From positions 62,001 through 126,000 of the forward strand of contig CAJNYD010000044.1 of the NCBI GenBank assembly GCA_905331295.1: a stretch of DNA of 64,000 nt. The letters are read 5' to 3'. A program made the position numbers and the translations under genes. Of the stretch, positions 12,719 through 27,237 are shown one piece after another (positions within the stretch are counted from its first letter, which is position 1; each line of letters starts with the position of its first letter). The stretch comes from Rotaria socialis. Taxonomy: Eukaryota. The notes below the pieces were generated by a model that ran no database searches, was not told the origin of the DNA, and saw only the letters and a list, made by a program, of their open reading frames with translations.

Positions 12719-14782
12719 TCAGTTGGTAGTATGTTCACTGATATCTCGAGATACAACAGGGTTGTTCATGACACGTTGATGTTCATCACTGCTATTCGAT
12801 GCCCACAATTGCAATTCACCAGCACCAAAAAATGTATAAAACATCAGAGCTGCTACAGAGATAAAGATGGGAATTATAAATATATTATTCCATTCACGTT
12901 TCAACTAAAATAAAAATATGAAACAGAACTTTCATATTAAAACAAGACATGCTTACGTCTGAATTTTGAACAGTGTAGCCTGTGATAACTGGTACAATGA
13001 AACCTGGCGTCGATCCAATACAATTTGACATACCCATGAGAACAGCTGCATAATGTCCTCCAATATCGAGATGATTCACACCAAAGCTTGCCCAAGCAAG
13101 ACCACATGCACCAATCACAATTGTAATACCGATCACAATTAAGGCACGATCATCATTATCTAATACAGTAATTAGAAGGAAGCCAAACGCGATTATAGCA
13201 AAAGCTAAACGTAATGGAATAACTCACAAATGATTCTACATGATATTTATTTTCTTACATATAGACATAATGAATTTTCGAATGTATAATATGGAATATT
13301 TTTCTACTAGTTTATCCGAAATAATTCCTGTTAGATACACTGATATGGCTAATAGCAACCATGGCAGAGCTGCTAATAAACCTGCCTATGAGAAAAAAAC
13401 AATGCATAATGAAGTTAATTACTGTTAGACAAACCGTATCAACACGAAAACCAAGTGCTCTAACTAGAAAAGTTGGTAATTCAGTAAACATTGTATAGAT
13501 AGCCCAATTTGTTCCGAAATGTGCCGCAATAATTGCCCATACTGGTAATGATGTCAATATATCTTTCCATGGAATTGTATCTTTCTAAATATTAAAACTA
13601 AATAATACACGTTTTCTCTCTTTCGTAACCTTATTTTACTTGTGAAATGACTTCAACTATATTGTCTTCAATATATCTTGCTTCTTCATGTGATATCGTT
13701 GTATGAGCTGAGGGTGTTTCAGCCGTGAAATAAAACCAAATTAGTACCCATGAAAGACTGGATATTCCTAAAGTATGTATAATACATGTCGTAGGTCAAT
13801 CTAGGATTCGCTGAATTCAACGTAAAATATCAGCAGATTACAGAATAATAATGTTTTTCTTACATAAATATTTCTACAACAGATCTAGTTCTATGGCAGT
13901 ATACTAAGCAGAAAATCTTTAATTATTTATATCTATATACTAGTTAATAATATGTTATAGTTTATTACAAAAAGAACTCCTAGTTTAACTAAGGTCAATC
14001 TCGGCTTGTTTCACGAAATAAATATGAATTTACCTGATAGATAAAATACCCATTCCCATGACCAATCAACAGCAATAACACCACCAAAAAGCATCGTTAC
14101 AAATGTGCCGGTATACGCCCCTAAAAATGAATTTATGCGGAAAAAAATTCATTTTTATGAATATATACCAGAAAATGTAAACGTTGCCAATTTCGATTTA
14201 TCTTGTTTCGGTGCCCATTTCGACCATATAGAATGCAATGATGGGTATATACAACTCTTTTGATTAAAAGTGACGAAATTTGTTTTCTGTAAAGTTTCTT
14301 TTATCGATAAAAAACTTACTGAACTAATACCTTCAAGAACTCGTAGGAACATTAATGCTCCTGATCCATTCCGAGCACATAATGGTGTAAATAAAGTTAA
14401 GCAAGCACACAAACCAACACCACCACCAAGTAAAATTCGCCCACCAAATCTTGTTGCTAGCAACCCAGCTAGTATGACAGCAATACAATAACCATAGAAG
14501 AATGATGCAAGAATATACCCTCGTGTGGTAGTGCTCCAATTATAGACAGCCTATATATTATTTCAAAAACGTATATGTTAACAAGAAAGCAAAAAAGAGT
14601 AATTTTACAGGTATCATTATGGTCATATTATCGGATGAGTTGTCAATTGTTGGAGTAATCATTGCAACGATTGCAATGGATAGATTCGATCGTAAGACGA
14701 AGGCATTAAATAATCCGAAGAATCCCAGTAAGCTCAGCACATAACGTTTTGGAATCTGTTGATAAATATTCGATAGCGCCAT
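12719..14782 (-). CDS. SLC17/sialin-like MFS anion transporter, copy A (multi-exon)
   Basis: Exons encode IPKRY..LRSNLSIAIVAM, FFYGY, LRVLEG, WSKWAP, TSLPVWAII, NHLDIGGHYAAVLMGMSN and GELQLWA. Short GT-AG introns, one longer (about 13770-14030). Confidence 0.9.
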
Positions 14783-16044
14783 TCGTTGCGTTTTTGATTA
14801 TTTTCAATCTTATCTACAGAAAAAAAGAAACCGTGACATAATTAAAAACAACATTTTCGTATAGTCATTTCGTCTCGCTTTATGCACATGTATCAATAAG
14901 AAAAATCGTTTTCTTTGCATCTCTCCTTGATAGAGCTCACAAGAAAAAATCATGAGAATCGATACGCAAATAACGAGTCGTCAATGAGCTATTGCATCTT
15001 TTAAAATAAAACTTGAATTTTGTTTAACATTACCTCACACTTTTCAGTTAGATATTATCCCGTATAGGTTCGATTTCAAACAACATCTACGTTAAACGAT
15101 ATCGTAGAATAACTTGACATATGACGTACCTATTCGTTCTCGAATCATATTCTCTGTAATTGAAGTTAGTCGTGCGTAGAAATAGTGTGTGTTACGACCA
15201 TGCTGATCACATTACAGATGAAGTATGCGAATTTGATACAAATTTCAATCCTAATTTTCTGTACTTGTAACATCACTATTCTACAACTTTACGCTCGTAT
15301 ACATCAAGTATTTTTCAAGTACGTTAATCATTACAAATAAAAACGTTTTGAATTGTTATACTAATATTTAAAAAATACATGATTTATATGATAATAACCG
15401 CGCAAAAAATTATTTCGTTGATATTAATTAAGCTCATTTGTGTAATTAGAACAGTTGAAAACATTTTTAATGGATACTCGCAGCAAAACGTAATGTCTGA
15501 AATTGTTCTAAACTACTGGAAGTCCGTTTTTAAAAGTTACTTCTATCCTCATGACAACCATGACTCGTTTTAATTATATTAGAAAAATCAATCCGTGAAG
15601 ACATATATGGATAGGCATAACTGCATGATCGTCGATTTGTTTTCCAGTACATAAACGAAAATTCCAACTTCAATCGTCTGAGTGGTAATTCTTATACAAA
15701 AAGCGGTTATTTTTTTTTGATCGATTCAGATCCATCGGCATATATCATTTTATCCATACAAAAACTTTTCCTCAGATTGTTGACATAAATTTTCCTAATC
15801 GGAAAAAGGTAAACTTGTCTGAGACATGTAGATGAGTTGGTTCACCCATTGTTAAATTACTGATGGATTACACAACAAAACCATCAAATTAACTTCATGA
15901 GAAGAACAGTATATATGTCAATGCCTGCCGAGTCATATCAAACTAAGATTTGTAACAGATAAAATTTATTGAAAACGGACAAATCAAATAAGTTTACAAT
16001 AAAAAAAAAACTAATAAGATTTAATATAGTAATTTAATTTTGCG

Positions 16045-18150
16045 TCACTCAACAATGAGACCGTCTGTTAAATAATCATTATTATTTTCATTCAAAACTT
16101 CTCTCACTAATATCTCGTGATGATATGGGATAATCGAGCATAGGCTCGTATTCATCATTGTTATTCAATGCCCACGCTTGTAATTCACCAGCAGCACAAC
16201 ACAAGTAACACCCAAGAGCTAGCACACAAATGACGATTGAAATTATGAAGATTATATTCCATTCACGTTTTAACTAAAATTTATATAAATAAAAACCAGT
16301 TACAACTGGGGAAGAAAATCTTACGTGTGGATTTTCAACGATGTAGCCAGTTATCATNGAGCATAGGCTCGTATTCATCATTGTTATTCAATGCCCACGC
16401 TTGTAATTCACCAGCAGCACAACACAAGTAACACCCAAGAGCTAGCACACAAATGACGATTGAAATTATGAAGATTATATTCCATTCACGTTTTAACTAA
16501 AATTTATATAAATAAAAACCAGTTACAACTGGGGAAGAAAATCTTACGTGTGGATTTTCAACGATGTAGCCAGTTATCATGGGCGCAAGAAATCCCGGTG
16601 TTGATCCAATAGAATTCGATATACCCATTAGGACAGCTACATAACGTCCTGCAATATCAAGCTGATTCACACCGGAGCTTGCCCAAGCAGGACCACATGC
16701 ACCCATCACAATGATAACACCCATCACAATTAAGACACGATTACTGGCGTCTAGTAATGTAATCAGAAGGAAACTCGATGCTATTAGAGTAAAAGCTAAA
16801 ATATGATCAAATCAATCTGAAATGATTCTGTACGATATGCATTTTCTTACATATTGCCATAATTAATTTTCGAACGTATAATGTGTGATATTTTTCTACT
16901 AGTTTATCCGAAATAATTCCTGTTAGATACACTGATATGGCTAATAGCAACCATGGCAGAGCTGCTAATAAACCTGCCTATGAGAAAAAAACAATGCACA
17001 ATGAAATTAACTATCGTTAGACAAACCGTATCAACAGGAAAATCAAGTGATTCGACAAGAAAAGTTGGCAGCTCACTAAATATTGCATAAATAGCCCAAT
17101 TTGTTCCGAATTGTGCTGCAGTAATAGACCATACTGGTAATGATGTCAATATATCTTTCCAAGGAACGGCATCTTTCTAAATAGGAAAACTAGATAATGG
17201 ATTTTTCTCTTAGGCATAATGGTTTTACTTGTGATATAGTTTTACCCATGCCCTCTTCAATATATAATACTTCTTCAACTAATATATTCTGACGAGTTGC
17301 TGGTGATTCAATCGTCGCAGGAAACCAAACTACTGCCCATACAAGAGCCGATATTCCTAAATGAAATTAATCAAATTTATATTTTCTCTACTATAAGAAT
17401 GTACCCGATAGATAAAATATCCATTCCCATGACCAATCAGCAGCAATAACACCTCCGAGAAGCATTATTATGAAAGTACCAAAATAAGCCCCTAAAAAAA
17501 ATATATTTCAAGAAAATGATTGATTCACATTTGCACATACCCGAAAAAGAAACAGTTACCAACGCGGATTTGTTGTTTTTCGGTGCCCATTTCGACCATA
17601 CAGCATATAACGATGGATATACACAACTCTTACGATTAAAAAGGCAGAATCGTTTTTTTTCCAAGTGTGTCTTTGTGTAAAGAGCTTACTGAACAAAGGC
17701 CTTCAAGAATTCGTAGATATATTAATGTTCCTGGTCCACTGCGAGCACATACTGGTGTAAGTAAAGTTAAGAGGGCACACAAACCAATACTGCCGCCAAA
17801 TAATATTCTTCCACCGAATATTGTCGCTAAAAATCCAGCTGGTATTTGAAAAGCACAATAACTATAAAAGAATGACGAAAGAATATAGCCTTGCGTTGTA
17901 GAACTCCAATTATAATCAGCCTAAAGATTTTTAAGAGAATAAATTGAAACTAAACTAAAATATCTTGTCAATTTACTGCTAGTATTGTAGTTGTATTAAT
18001 TGATGATTTTTCAAGTGTAGGAGTAGTCATTGCAACGATTGCAATCGATAGATTCGAGCGTAAAATGGAAGCCGTTAACATCCCGAAAAATCCTAATATA
18101 CTAAGTATATAACGTTTTGGAATTTGATGATAAATAGTCAATAGACTCAT
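16045..18150 (-). CDS. SLC17/sialin-like transporter, copy B (3' end crosses a scaffold join)
   Basis: Same exon series as copy A. The last exon reads open to TGA at 16047-16045. A 222-bp exact duplication flanks the N at 16358. Confidence 0.85.
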
Positions 18151-18660
18151 TGTTTTTGCTTTCGATTATTCACTTGGGTGTGAAGCAAAAACGATCTATG
18201 AATCTATCTGAAAGGAATATCAATACACATAAAAGAAACCTTCTTCACGTGGGGTAAATCAACACTTGCTGTTAATCTTAATGTCACAATCCATGCAGAT
18301 CGTTATACCAAATAGTTTTTTTTTCCTGCCTTGTATCTTGCTTGCTGCTGATTTTTTTACTCAGATCAAGTAAGATAATAGGGAGACGGTCACTTGCTCG
18401 CGCTGTTGGTCATAGCGAGTAAGTGTCCTACGAGCAACTGACCTAAACCCCAAGTTCAGCTAATGCTCTTATGATACTTTACAGAGTTATGGCCGTGTAA
18501 CATTCAAAAACAAATATATCCATGCTCACATCATAACCCTCGAAAAACTATAGAACAAAAAAAAAATTTTATATTTATGTATAACCATCTCTGTCTACTA
18601 GAATACATCTAAGTTGCAAAACACGTTCAATTTCCGAAAATACTTTAATTTTCTTTTGTG

Positions 18661-20518
18661 TCACTCGGTATTATTTTCATTAAGATCTTGAGATGATATA
18701 GGATTATTGAGCACAGGCTCGTATTCATCATTGTTATTCAATGCCCACGCTTGTAATTCACCAGCAGCACAACACAAGTAACACCCAAGAGCTAGCACAC
18801 AAATGACGATTGAAATTATGAAGATTATATTCCATTCACGTTTTAACTAAAATTTATATAAATAAAAACCAGTTACAACTGGGGAAGAAAATCTTACGTG
18901 TGGATTTTCAACGATGTAGCCAGTTATCATGGGTGCAAGAAATCCCGGTGTTGACCCAATAGAATTTGATATACTCATTAGAACACCTGCATAATGTCCT
19001 CCAATATCAAGATGATTAACACCAAAATTAGCCCAAGCAGGACCGCATGAAGTAGCCATAATGATAATACCTATCATAATTAAGCCACGACTTTTGACAT
19101 TCAATAATATTATCATAAGAAAACTCAATACCATTATAGTAAAAGCTAAAATAGGATGAAATCAGTCACAAATAATACGAATATTGTATTTCTTTTCATA
19201 CTTATAAACATAATTAGTTTTCGAATGTATAATGTAGAATATTTTTTAGTTAATCTATCGGAAATAACACCAGCTGCACATGTTGATATTCCTAAAGTTA
19301 GCCAAGGGAGAGCTGCCAATAAACCAGCCTATATAAACATGAAACAAAAGATAATGAGAATGAATCTTCTTCATTCTTAGACCGACTGTATCAATTCGAA
19401 AGCCAAGTGCTTTGACCAGAAAAGTTGGTAATTCTGTCAGTATTAAAAAGGCAGACCAATTGGCTCCAAAATGTGCGGCAATAATAGCCCACACTGGTAA
19501 TGATGTTAGTACAGCCTTCCAAGGAATTGTCTCTGTCTAAATATTAAAACTAAACAATACGCTTTCCCCTCTTGTAAGTTTTTTTACTCTTAATATATCT
19601 TTATCCATGTTGTCTTCAATATATTTTACTTCTTCAACTGATATAGTCGGATGAGTGGATGGGGATTCGGCTGTCACATAAAACCAAGCAATTGTCCATG
19701 AAAGAGCCGACAATCCTAAATGAAATCTATGAAATTTTTATTTTCTCTTCTATCAAACTTTACCTGGTAAATAAAATACCCACTCCCATGACCAATCAGC
19801 AGCAATAGCACCGCCAGTAAGCATTATGAAACACGTACCACAATAAACTCCTTAAAACAAAATTCATACCGAAAACATTATTCATCCTCATAAATACATA
19901 CCAGAAAAAGCAAGCGATGCCATTTTGGATTTATCAGTTTTCGGCGCCCATATGGACCATACAACGTGCAATGAAGGGTACACAGAGCTCTATTGATTAA
20001 AAAAGCGAAATGATTTTTTTTTCATCGTTCTACTTTTCAAAAGAACAGACTTACCAAACAAAATCCTTCAAGAAGTCGCAGAAGGATTAATGCTGTCGAT
20101 CCACTTCGAACACACAATGGCGTAAATAAACTTACGAAAGCACACAAACCGATACTACCACCAAAGAAAATTCTTCCTCCAAATCTTGTTGCTAAAAATC
20201 CAAGTGGTACTTGAACAGCTGTGTAAGTAAAGAAAAACGACGAAAGAATATAGCCTTGCGTTGTTGTACTCCAATTATGGACAGCCTGCATTATTGACAA
20301 CAAAAAAGATACGAAAATAAAAAACATTGAAGAAGCTACGTTACTGGTATTATTCTAGTTGTATTATCCGATGTTATTTCAACCCTTGGAGTTATTATCT
20401 CAACAACCGCTATTGATAGATTCGATCGTAACATGGAAGCATTAAACATTCCAAAAAATGCTAATACACTAAATATATAACGTTTTGGAATTCGTTGATA
20501 AATATTTGCTAGAGCCAT
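18661..20518 (-). CDS. SLC17/sialin-like transporter, copy C
   Basis: Same exon series; starts MALANIYQRIPKRY and the last exon ends ENNTE* at 18661. Confidence 0.9.
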
Positions 20519-21028
20519 TATTTGTGTTGTTGATTGTCCACTTGTATATACAGAAACAAATCTACGAATTCATCTGAAAGGTATATAAATATATATAAAA
20601 GAAACCAACGCTCTCTTTCAATCACAATGTCACAATCCATGCGGACCGTTGTGCGAAATGTTTTTTGGAAGAGGATTCAAAAAATATACCGTATATGGAG
20701 GTAGATAACGTATGTGTTTGACATTTGAAAACACTATCATGCATTCGTGTACCAATGGATGACGGGAGAGAAGTCATCAATCAGAAACCAACCCGTAAAT
20801 TTTAAAACAGTATTTCTCAGTGTGTGTAAAATTACGTATGGACGACGGAGGAATCAAACAAAATTCTAGTGTCATTTATACTTATGAAAAACAATCTGTT
20901 TTTACTTGTATATATCTAAGCTGCACAAAACTTATAATTTATTAAAATAGTACCGAGCAACAAAATCAAGTATGTCTTCAACCATTCAGAATATCACACG
21001 AACCAAAATCAAAATTATTTTTTCTTCT

Positions 21029-22904
21029 TCACTCGGTATTATTTTCATTGAGAACACTGCTCTCATTAACATTTGGGGATGATATAGGATTGTTGAACAC
21101 CGGTTCATATTCATCGCTACCACCCAATACCCACGGTTGTAATTCACCATCAGCGAAAACAATGTAGAATACGAGAGCTAACGCGCCTATAACCATTGAA
21201 ATAACGAATAATATATCCCATTCACGTTTCGACTAAAAATTTTAATAAAAAAAAAAAAACATCAATACTTCTCAGATTTATACAAGACAACGCTTACAGA
21301 TGAATCGTCAACGACATAACCCGTTATAATCGGTGTGAGGAATCCCGGTGTGGATCCGATGGAATTCGATATACCCATTAGAACACCTGCGTAATGTCCA
21401 CCAATATCGAGATGGTTAACACCGAAACTTGCCCAAGCAGGACCGCATGCACTAACCACAATAATAATACCTGTGACAATTAAAGCACGACTTTTGACGT
21501 TCAATAAAGTTACGAGAACGAAAGCCAATATCAAAACGATGAAAGCTATATGTAATGAAAATAAATTATAAATAACTCTACTTAGTATTCAATTTCGTAC
21601 TTAAAGATACGATGAATTTTCGTACAAATAATGTTGAATATTTTTCGGTTAATTTATCGGAAATGATACCTGCTGCATACACCGTCACTGATAACAATAA
21701 CCAAGGAAGAGCTGAGATTGATCCAGCCTATGAATAGAAATAACTTATAATCGAGCAAAACTCGTTTATCTTTAGACAAACCGAATCAACATGAAAACCT
21801 AGTGATTTAACAAGAAATGTTGGAAATTCATTAAATACCAGAAAGAGTGACCAATTAGTTCCAAAATGAACAGCAATAATTGCCCATACTGGCAATGATG
21901 TGAATATATCTTTCCAAGGTATCGTATCTATCTAAATATAGAAACTAGATAGTAGGCTTTCAATCTTCTATAGAACTATTTTACTTGTGATATCGCTTGA
22001 TCTCTATGTTCTTCAATATATTTTGCTTCTTCCTCTGATATAGTTTCATGAGTCGACGGTAGCTCAGCCGTAAAATAAAACCAAATTACTGTCCATACAA
22101 GAGAAAACAATCCTATAAGAAAACAATGAAATTTAATGGTCTCAACTAAGAATACTCACCTGATAAATAAAATAACCATTCCCATGCCCAATCGGCAGCA
22201 ATCACACCGCCAAACATCAATGTTATAAATGTGCCAACATAAGCTCCTAAAAATATGTTCATCGATAAAATAGAATTCATTTTCATTTGGACATACCCGA
22301 AAAAGCAAATGTTGCTAATGTCGACTTATCACTTTTCGGTGCCCACTTCGACCATATATCATGTAGTGCTGGGTATACACAAGTCTTTCAAGTAGATAAG
22401 CGAACAAATTTTTGTAAAGCCTCTTATTTTATTCGAAAACTTACTGAAACAAGACCTTCAAGAAGTCGTAGAAATATTAATGCTCCTGATCCAGCTTGAG
22501 CACATATTGGCGTAAACAAAGTTAAGAAAGCACACAAACCAATACTACCACCAAATAAAATTCTTCCGCCGTATTTCGTTGCTAAAAATCCAGCTGGTAC
22601 TTGAAAGAGACAATAAGTATAGAAGAATGACGAAAGAATATAGCCTTGTGTTCTTGTATTCCAATTATGGATAGCCTGTATGATTTAGAAAAATATGTAC
22701 ATAAAAACAAAATAGAAGAAGCTACGTTACTGGTATTATTCTACTGATATTGTTCGGTGTTGTCTCATACATTGGAGTAACCATTGCAACGATGGCAATG
22801 GATAGATTTGCTCTTAAAATGAAGGCATTGAATAATCCGATGAATCCCAAGAAACTCAATACATAACGTTTTGGAATTCGTTGTTGAATATTCGACAGCG
22901 TCAT
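21029..22904 (-). CDS. SLC17/sialin-like transporter, copy D
   Basis: ATG at 22904 (MTLSNIQQRIPKRY); same exon series; the last exon runs SKREWD...ENNTE* to 21029. Confidence 0.9.
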
Positions 22905-23867
22905 TATTTGTGTTTTCGGACTTTTCACTCCGATCTACAGAAAAAAGTATGATTGATCATTCTATTCGGTGTATAAAACGAAGAAAAAAAACCTTCTCCG
23001 CATGATTGAAACCAACGCTCTTCTTTCGTCGTAGTGTCTCTCCACATGCGCATGCATTGATGAAAATCAGTTTTTTTGCATGTGCCTTATATTGCGTTCT
23101 GTTATTCATTGATCAGGGAGAGAAAGAGTAAGACAATATGATTAGTATTGGCGTATTATTAGAAAATTGAACATCAATTATAGAATATTGTGCGAATAGA
23201 ACACAACTTTCAAAATATTTTCAAAAGTTCTTCGAAATTAAATTTTTTATGAAAACATTCCTGCTGATACATTTTGACAAGACGAGGAAAGTTTTGAAGT
23301 TTGAAATACTTTTCGATTGGTTGACACGTTTCAGGAAAAACTTCAGAAGCTAATAGTAGAAAATATTTGGGAGCAAAAACAAATTAGGCATCTAAATATT
23401 TGAAATTATTTAATATAACTGGCGTTGCCGTCTCAACCATATCGACATCTAAACTTAAACAACTACCTACCACACATAAACAATATGAACACTTGTATAT
23501 TCAGTGCTTCAATATAGGTGTAGGACTATTTATTTTAAAATATATTATTGTTTTCATATTGAAAATAAATGCAAAATATTGGCAATAGTTATTTTCACCA
23601 TAATCAGTTACCGAAGATACACTATTTCAAAACCAAAAAACATGATTGTTTAGTAACTCAATGTGTATACCACTCATAATGCACAATTTGCCTCTTGTAG
23701 ATAGCAAAATAAAAGAGACTCTAAAGAAACATCAAACTTTACATTATGACAATTCGTCGTGTTAAAGCGCCGCATTCGATTGTGATCCACATTCAAAATA
23801 ACAACAAAATAGTTGACTATCGAAAATAATATTCAGATTTATTAATAATATTCACTGTTTAAATGTA

Positions 23868-24444
23868 GGTAGCTGGACAATTCGTCGCAAGACAATTCGT
23901 CGCAAGACAATTCGTCGCAAGAAAAATATGTCGCACGGACAATTCGTTGCAAGAAAAATATGTCGCACGAACAGTTCGTCGCAGGAAAAATATGTCGCAC
24001 GGACAATTCGTTGCAAGAAAAATATGTCGCGCGAACAATTCGTCGCATACATGCTTATTCTAATTTAATTAAGGGAGACTAATGAGAATGTAGAATAATT
24101 GATATAGATAATTGTATGAATATTGACAAGAAATGTCTTCTGTCACTGAGGAGAATTATTTTATATTTATTTTTAAATTAATGGTTTTTTTCTGATTTTC
24201 CCAAAATCCTATTAGATTATTTATTTTTTCCTTGAGATTCATAACTCAGTCTACGAAATTCGTGGGCTTATTCAATTAATTGAACATATTCTACTTGATT
24301 CAATTATATCAAGCAACAAGTCATATTCACTTTCATTAATTTACATTGCGACCAATTGTCCGTGCGACGAATTGTCCGACGACGAATTGTCTGTGCGACG
24401 AATTGTCTGCAGCGAATTGTCTCGCGACGAATTGACCTAGTACC
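23868..24444. mobile_element. Merlin-like non-autonomous element with subterminal tandem repeats
   Basis: GG...CC termini (ggtagctggacaattcgtcgc and gcgacgaattgacctagtacc). Perfect 8-bp TSD TAAATGTA at 23860-23867 and 24445-24452. Tandem GACAATTCGTCGCAA units (15 and about 32 bp) on the left, inverted on the right. Confidence 0.85.
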
Positions 24445-24591
24445 TAAATGTATACATCTAATACTCACAACTGGTATATTCTATACGGAATAATACAGAA
24501 CAACAAAAATAACAACAACGAAAAAAATAAAATAAGCCTACAACAATTAAAATGATTTATAGTATACAACATATTAATTTTATTTGCTTCG

Positions 24592-26509
24592 TCACTCGGC
24601 ATTCTTTTCATCGTGAATCTCGGCTTTGAGACGATCTGTCAAATCATCAATATTCTTTTCGTTTAAACCACTGCGTTCACTAATATCTCGCGATGATATT
24701 GGATTGTTGAGAACATGTTGATATTCATCAGCACTATTTGACGCCCATACTTGTAATTCACCGGCAGCGAAAAATGTATAAAACATGATAGCTAATACAC
24801 AAATTAAGATCGAGATAATGAATACTGCATTCCATTCACGTTTCAACTAAATTTAGTATACGAGAGAGAATTTTCAGATTAGCACCACCAAAAATATTAC
24901 TTCCGGATTTTGAACAATGTAACCTGTGATAACTGGTACAATGAAACCTGGTGTCGATCCAATACAATTTGATATACCCATGAGAACAGCTGCATAATGT
25001 CCACCAATATCGAGATGATTAACACCGAAACTTGCCCAAGCAGGACCACATGTACCAATCACAACTATAATACCAATCATAATTAAGGCACGATGTTTAG
25101 CGTCCAATAAAGTTACGGCAAGAAAACCCAATATCATTACAATAAAAGCTAAATGTAACGAAATCAATCATAGAAAAGGACTACTTAGTATTCGTTTTCT
25201 TACATATAGACATAATGAATTTTCGAACATATAAGGTTGAATATTTTTCAGTCAATTTATCTGAAATAAAGCCTGCTCCATACACTGATATAGCTACTGG
25301 CAACCAAGGGAGAGCAGCTAATATACCAGCCTATGATTAGAAAAAAAATAATGCATAGTGAAATTAACTACTGTTAGACAAACCGTATCAACACGAAAGC
25401 CAAGCGATTTGACAAGAAAAGTTGGTAATTCAGTAAACATTGTATAGATAGCCCAATTTGTTCCGAAATGCGCCGCAATAATTGCCCATACTGGTAAGGA
25501 TGTTAGGATACATTTCCAAGGAATTGTTTGTTTCTAAATAATAACACTAGATAATACACTTTTTTCTCTTCTGTAAATATGTTTTACGCGTGATATCGCT
25601 TGATCCATGTTGTCTTCAATATATTTTGCTTCTTCATGTGATATTGTCGGATGAGTTGACGGTGACTCGGCTGTCACATAAAACCAAACTACTGTCCATG
25701 CAAGAGCCAAAATTCCTAAATGAAATCGATGAAGTTTCTATTTTCTCTACCATCGAAAATTACCTGATATATAAAATACCCATTCCCATGAGCAATCAGT
25801 AGCAATAACACCACCGAAAAGCATCGTTACAAATGTACCAATATAACCTCCTAGAAATAAATTGATAATGCAAAATTCGTCATCCTCATGAATACATACC
25901 CGAAAATGTAAATGTTGCCAGCTTTGATTTATCCGTTTTTGGTGCCCATATCGACCATATAGCATGTAATGATGGATATACGCAGCTCTTTGGATTAAAA
26001 AAACAAAATCTTTTTTTAAAGATTCTTTTCTTGCTGAAGAGCTTACTGAGCTAAGACCTTCGAGAACTCGTAAGAATATTAATGTTCCTGATCCACACTG
26101 AGCACATAATGGTGTAAATAGAGTTAGGAAGGCACACAAGCCAACACTACCACCGAATAAAATTCTTCCACCAAATCTTGTTGCTAAAAGTCCAGCTGGT
26201 ATTTGAGCAAAAGCATAGCCGTAGAAGAATGACGAAAGAATATAACCTTGTGTTGTTGTACTCCAATTAAAGGCAGCCTATATAATGTTTCAACAAAATA
26301 TATGAAAATATAAACGAAAAATCATATCACCGTACTGGTATTATTGTCGTCGTATTCGCAGAAGTTTTTACGATCGTTGGAGTAATCATTGCGACAATTG
26401 CAATTGACAGATTCGATCGTAAGATAAATGCATTGAATAATCCGAAAAATCCCAATAAACTAAGTAAATAACGTTTTGGCATTTGATTATAAATATTCGA
26501 TAGAGTCAT
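24592..26509 (-). CDS. SLC17/sialin-like transporter, copy E
   Basis: Same exon series; starts MTLSNIYNQMPKRY and has the longest C-terminal tail (...DEKNAE*). Confidence 0.9.
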
Positions 26510-27237
26510 TTCTTATGTTTTTGATTTTTGCACTTCAATCTAGAGAAAAATAATTGTTGCACACTCTACAAGATACCTCTATACTTCAAAATGCAACAGC
26601 GCTAGAAAAAAAAGAACCCTCTCCGCATGACTAAAACTAACGCATTCGTATATTTGTGCATGTGTGTGTTGGTAAGAAAAAATAATGTTTTTTTGCTTCT
26701 CTTTTATCCTTCGTTCTCCTTCTTTTGCCGAGAAAAGAAACATAACATAATGAGAATCGACGCACTAATAGCAAGTCGCCAATCAACTATTGAGCCTTTT
26801 AGAATAGAACTCTAGTTTTGTTAACAATTCTCCACCATCCTGCTTTTTCTTCTGTTCGGTTAGTCGGTTTATTCGTTCGTTCGGATGAAATGATGCAAAA
26901 GAACAGAGGAAAAAGAAGAAAAAAGAAAAACCCCACCGAGTCTCTAAGCACATTCCACTTCTATTCATATTCATATTCATAGCGAACAAATAACTGTTAT
27001 ATGTGTAGTCTTTGGCATCTATTTTTGAAGGTAGAGAGAAAAATTGATATATACCTAAATGATCAACGTTCACCAGAAATACGATTAAATATTCTCTATA
27101 ATGAAAAAACAAATTTCTTTTTTCTAATGCAAAAAAAAATTTATTGGTGGAAATATACAGATAAAAAAAACGTTATTCAAACATATTTGACAAACATTTA
27201 TCGATAAATATATAAGTATTCGAATAAACAGCTTTAT

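Noticed and set aside
16136..16580. Exact 222-bp tandem duplication of the last intron and exon parts of SLC17 copy B
   Set aside because: The two copies abut a single N at 16358, the signature of an unmerged contig overlap rather than a real exon duplication.
18382..18449. About 70-bp inverted-repeat remnant resembling Merlin-type termini
   Set aside because: Too short and degenerate, with no TSD.
23870..24050. Regularly spaced short repeats resembling a CRISPR array
   Set aside because: The intervening sequences are near-identical rather than unique spacers, there are no cas genes, and the repeats are mirrored at the other end of a TIR/TSD-bounded element.
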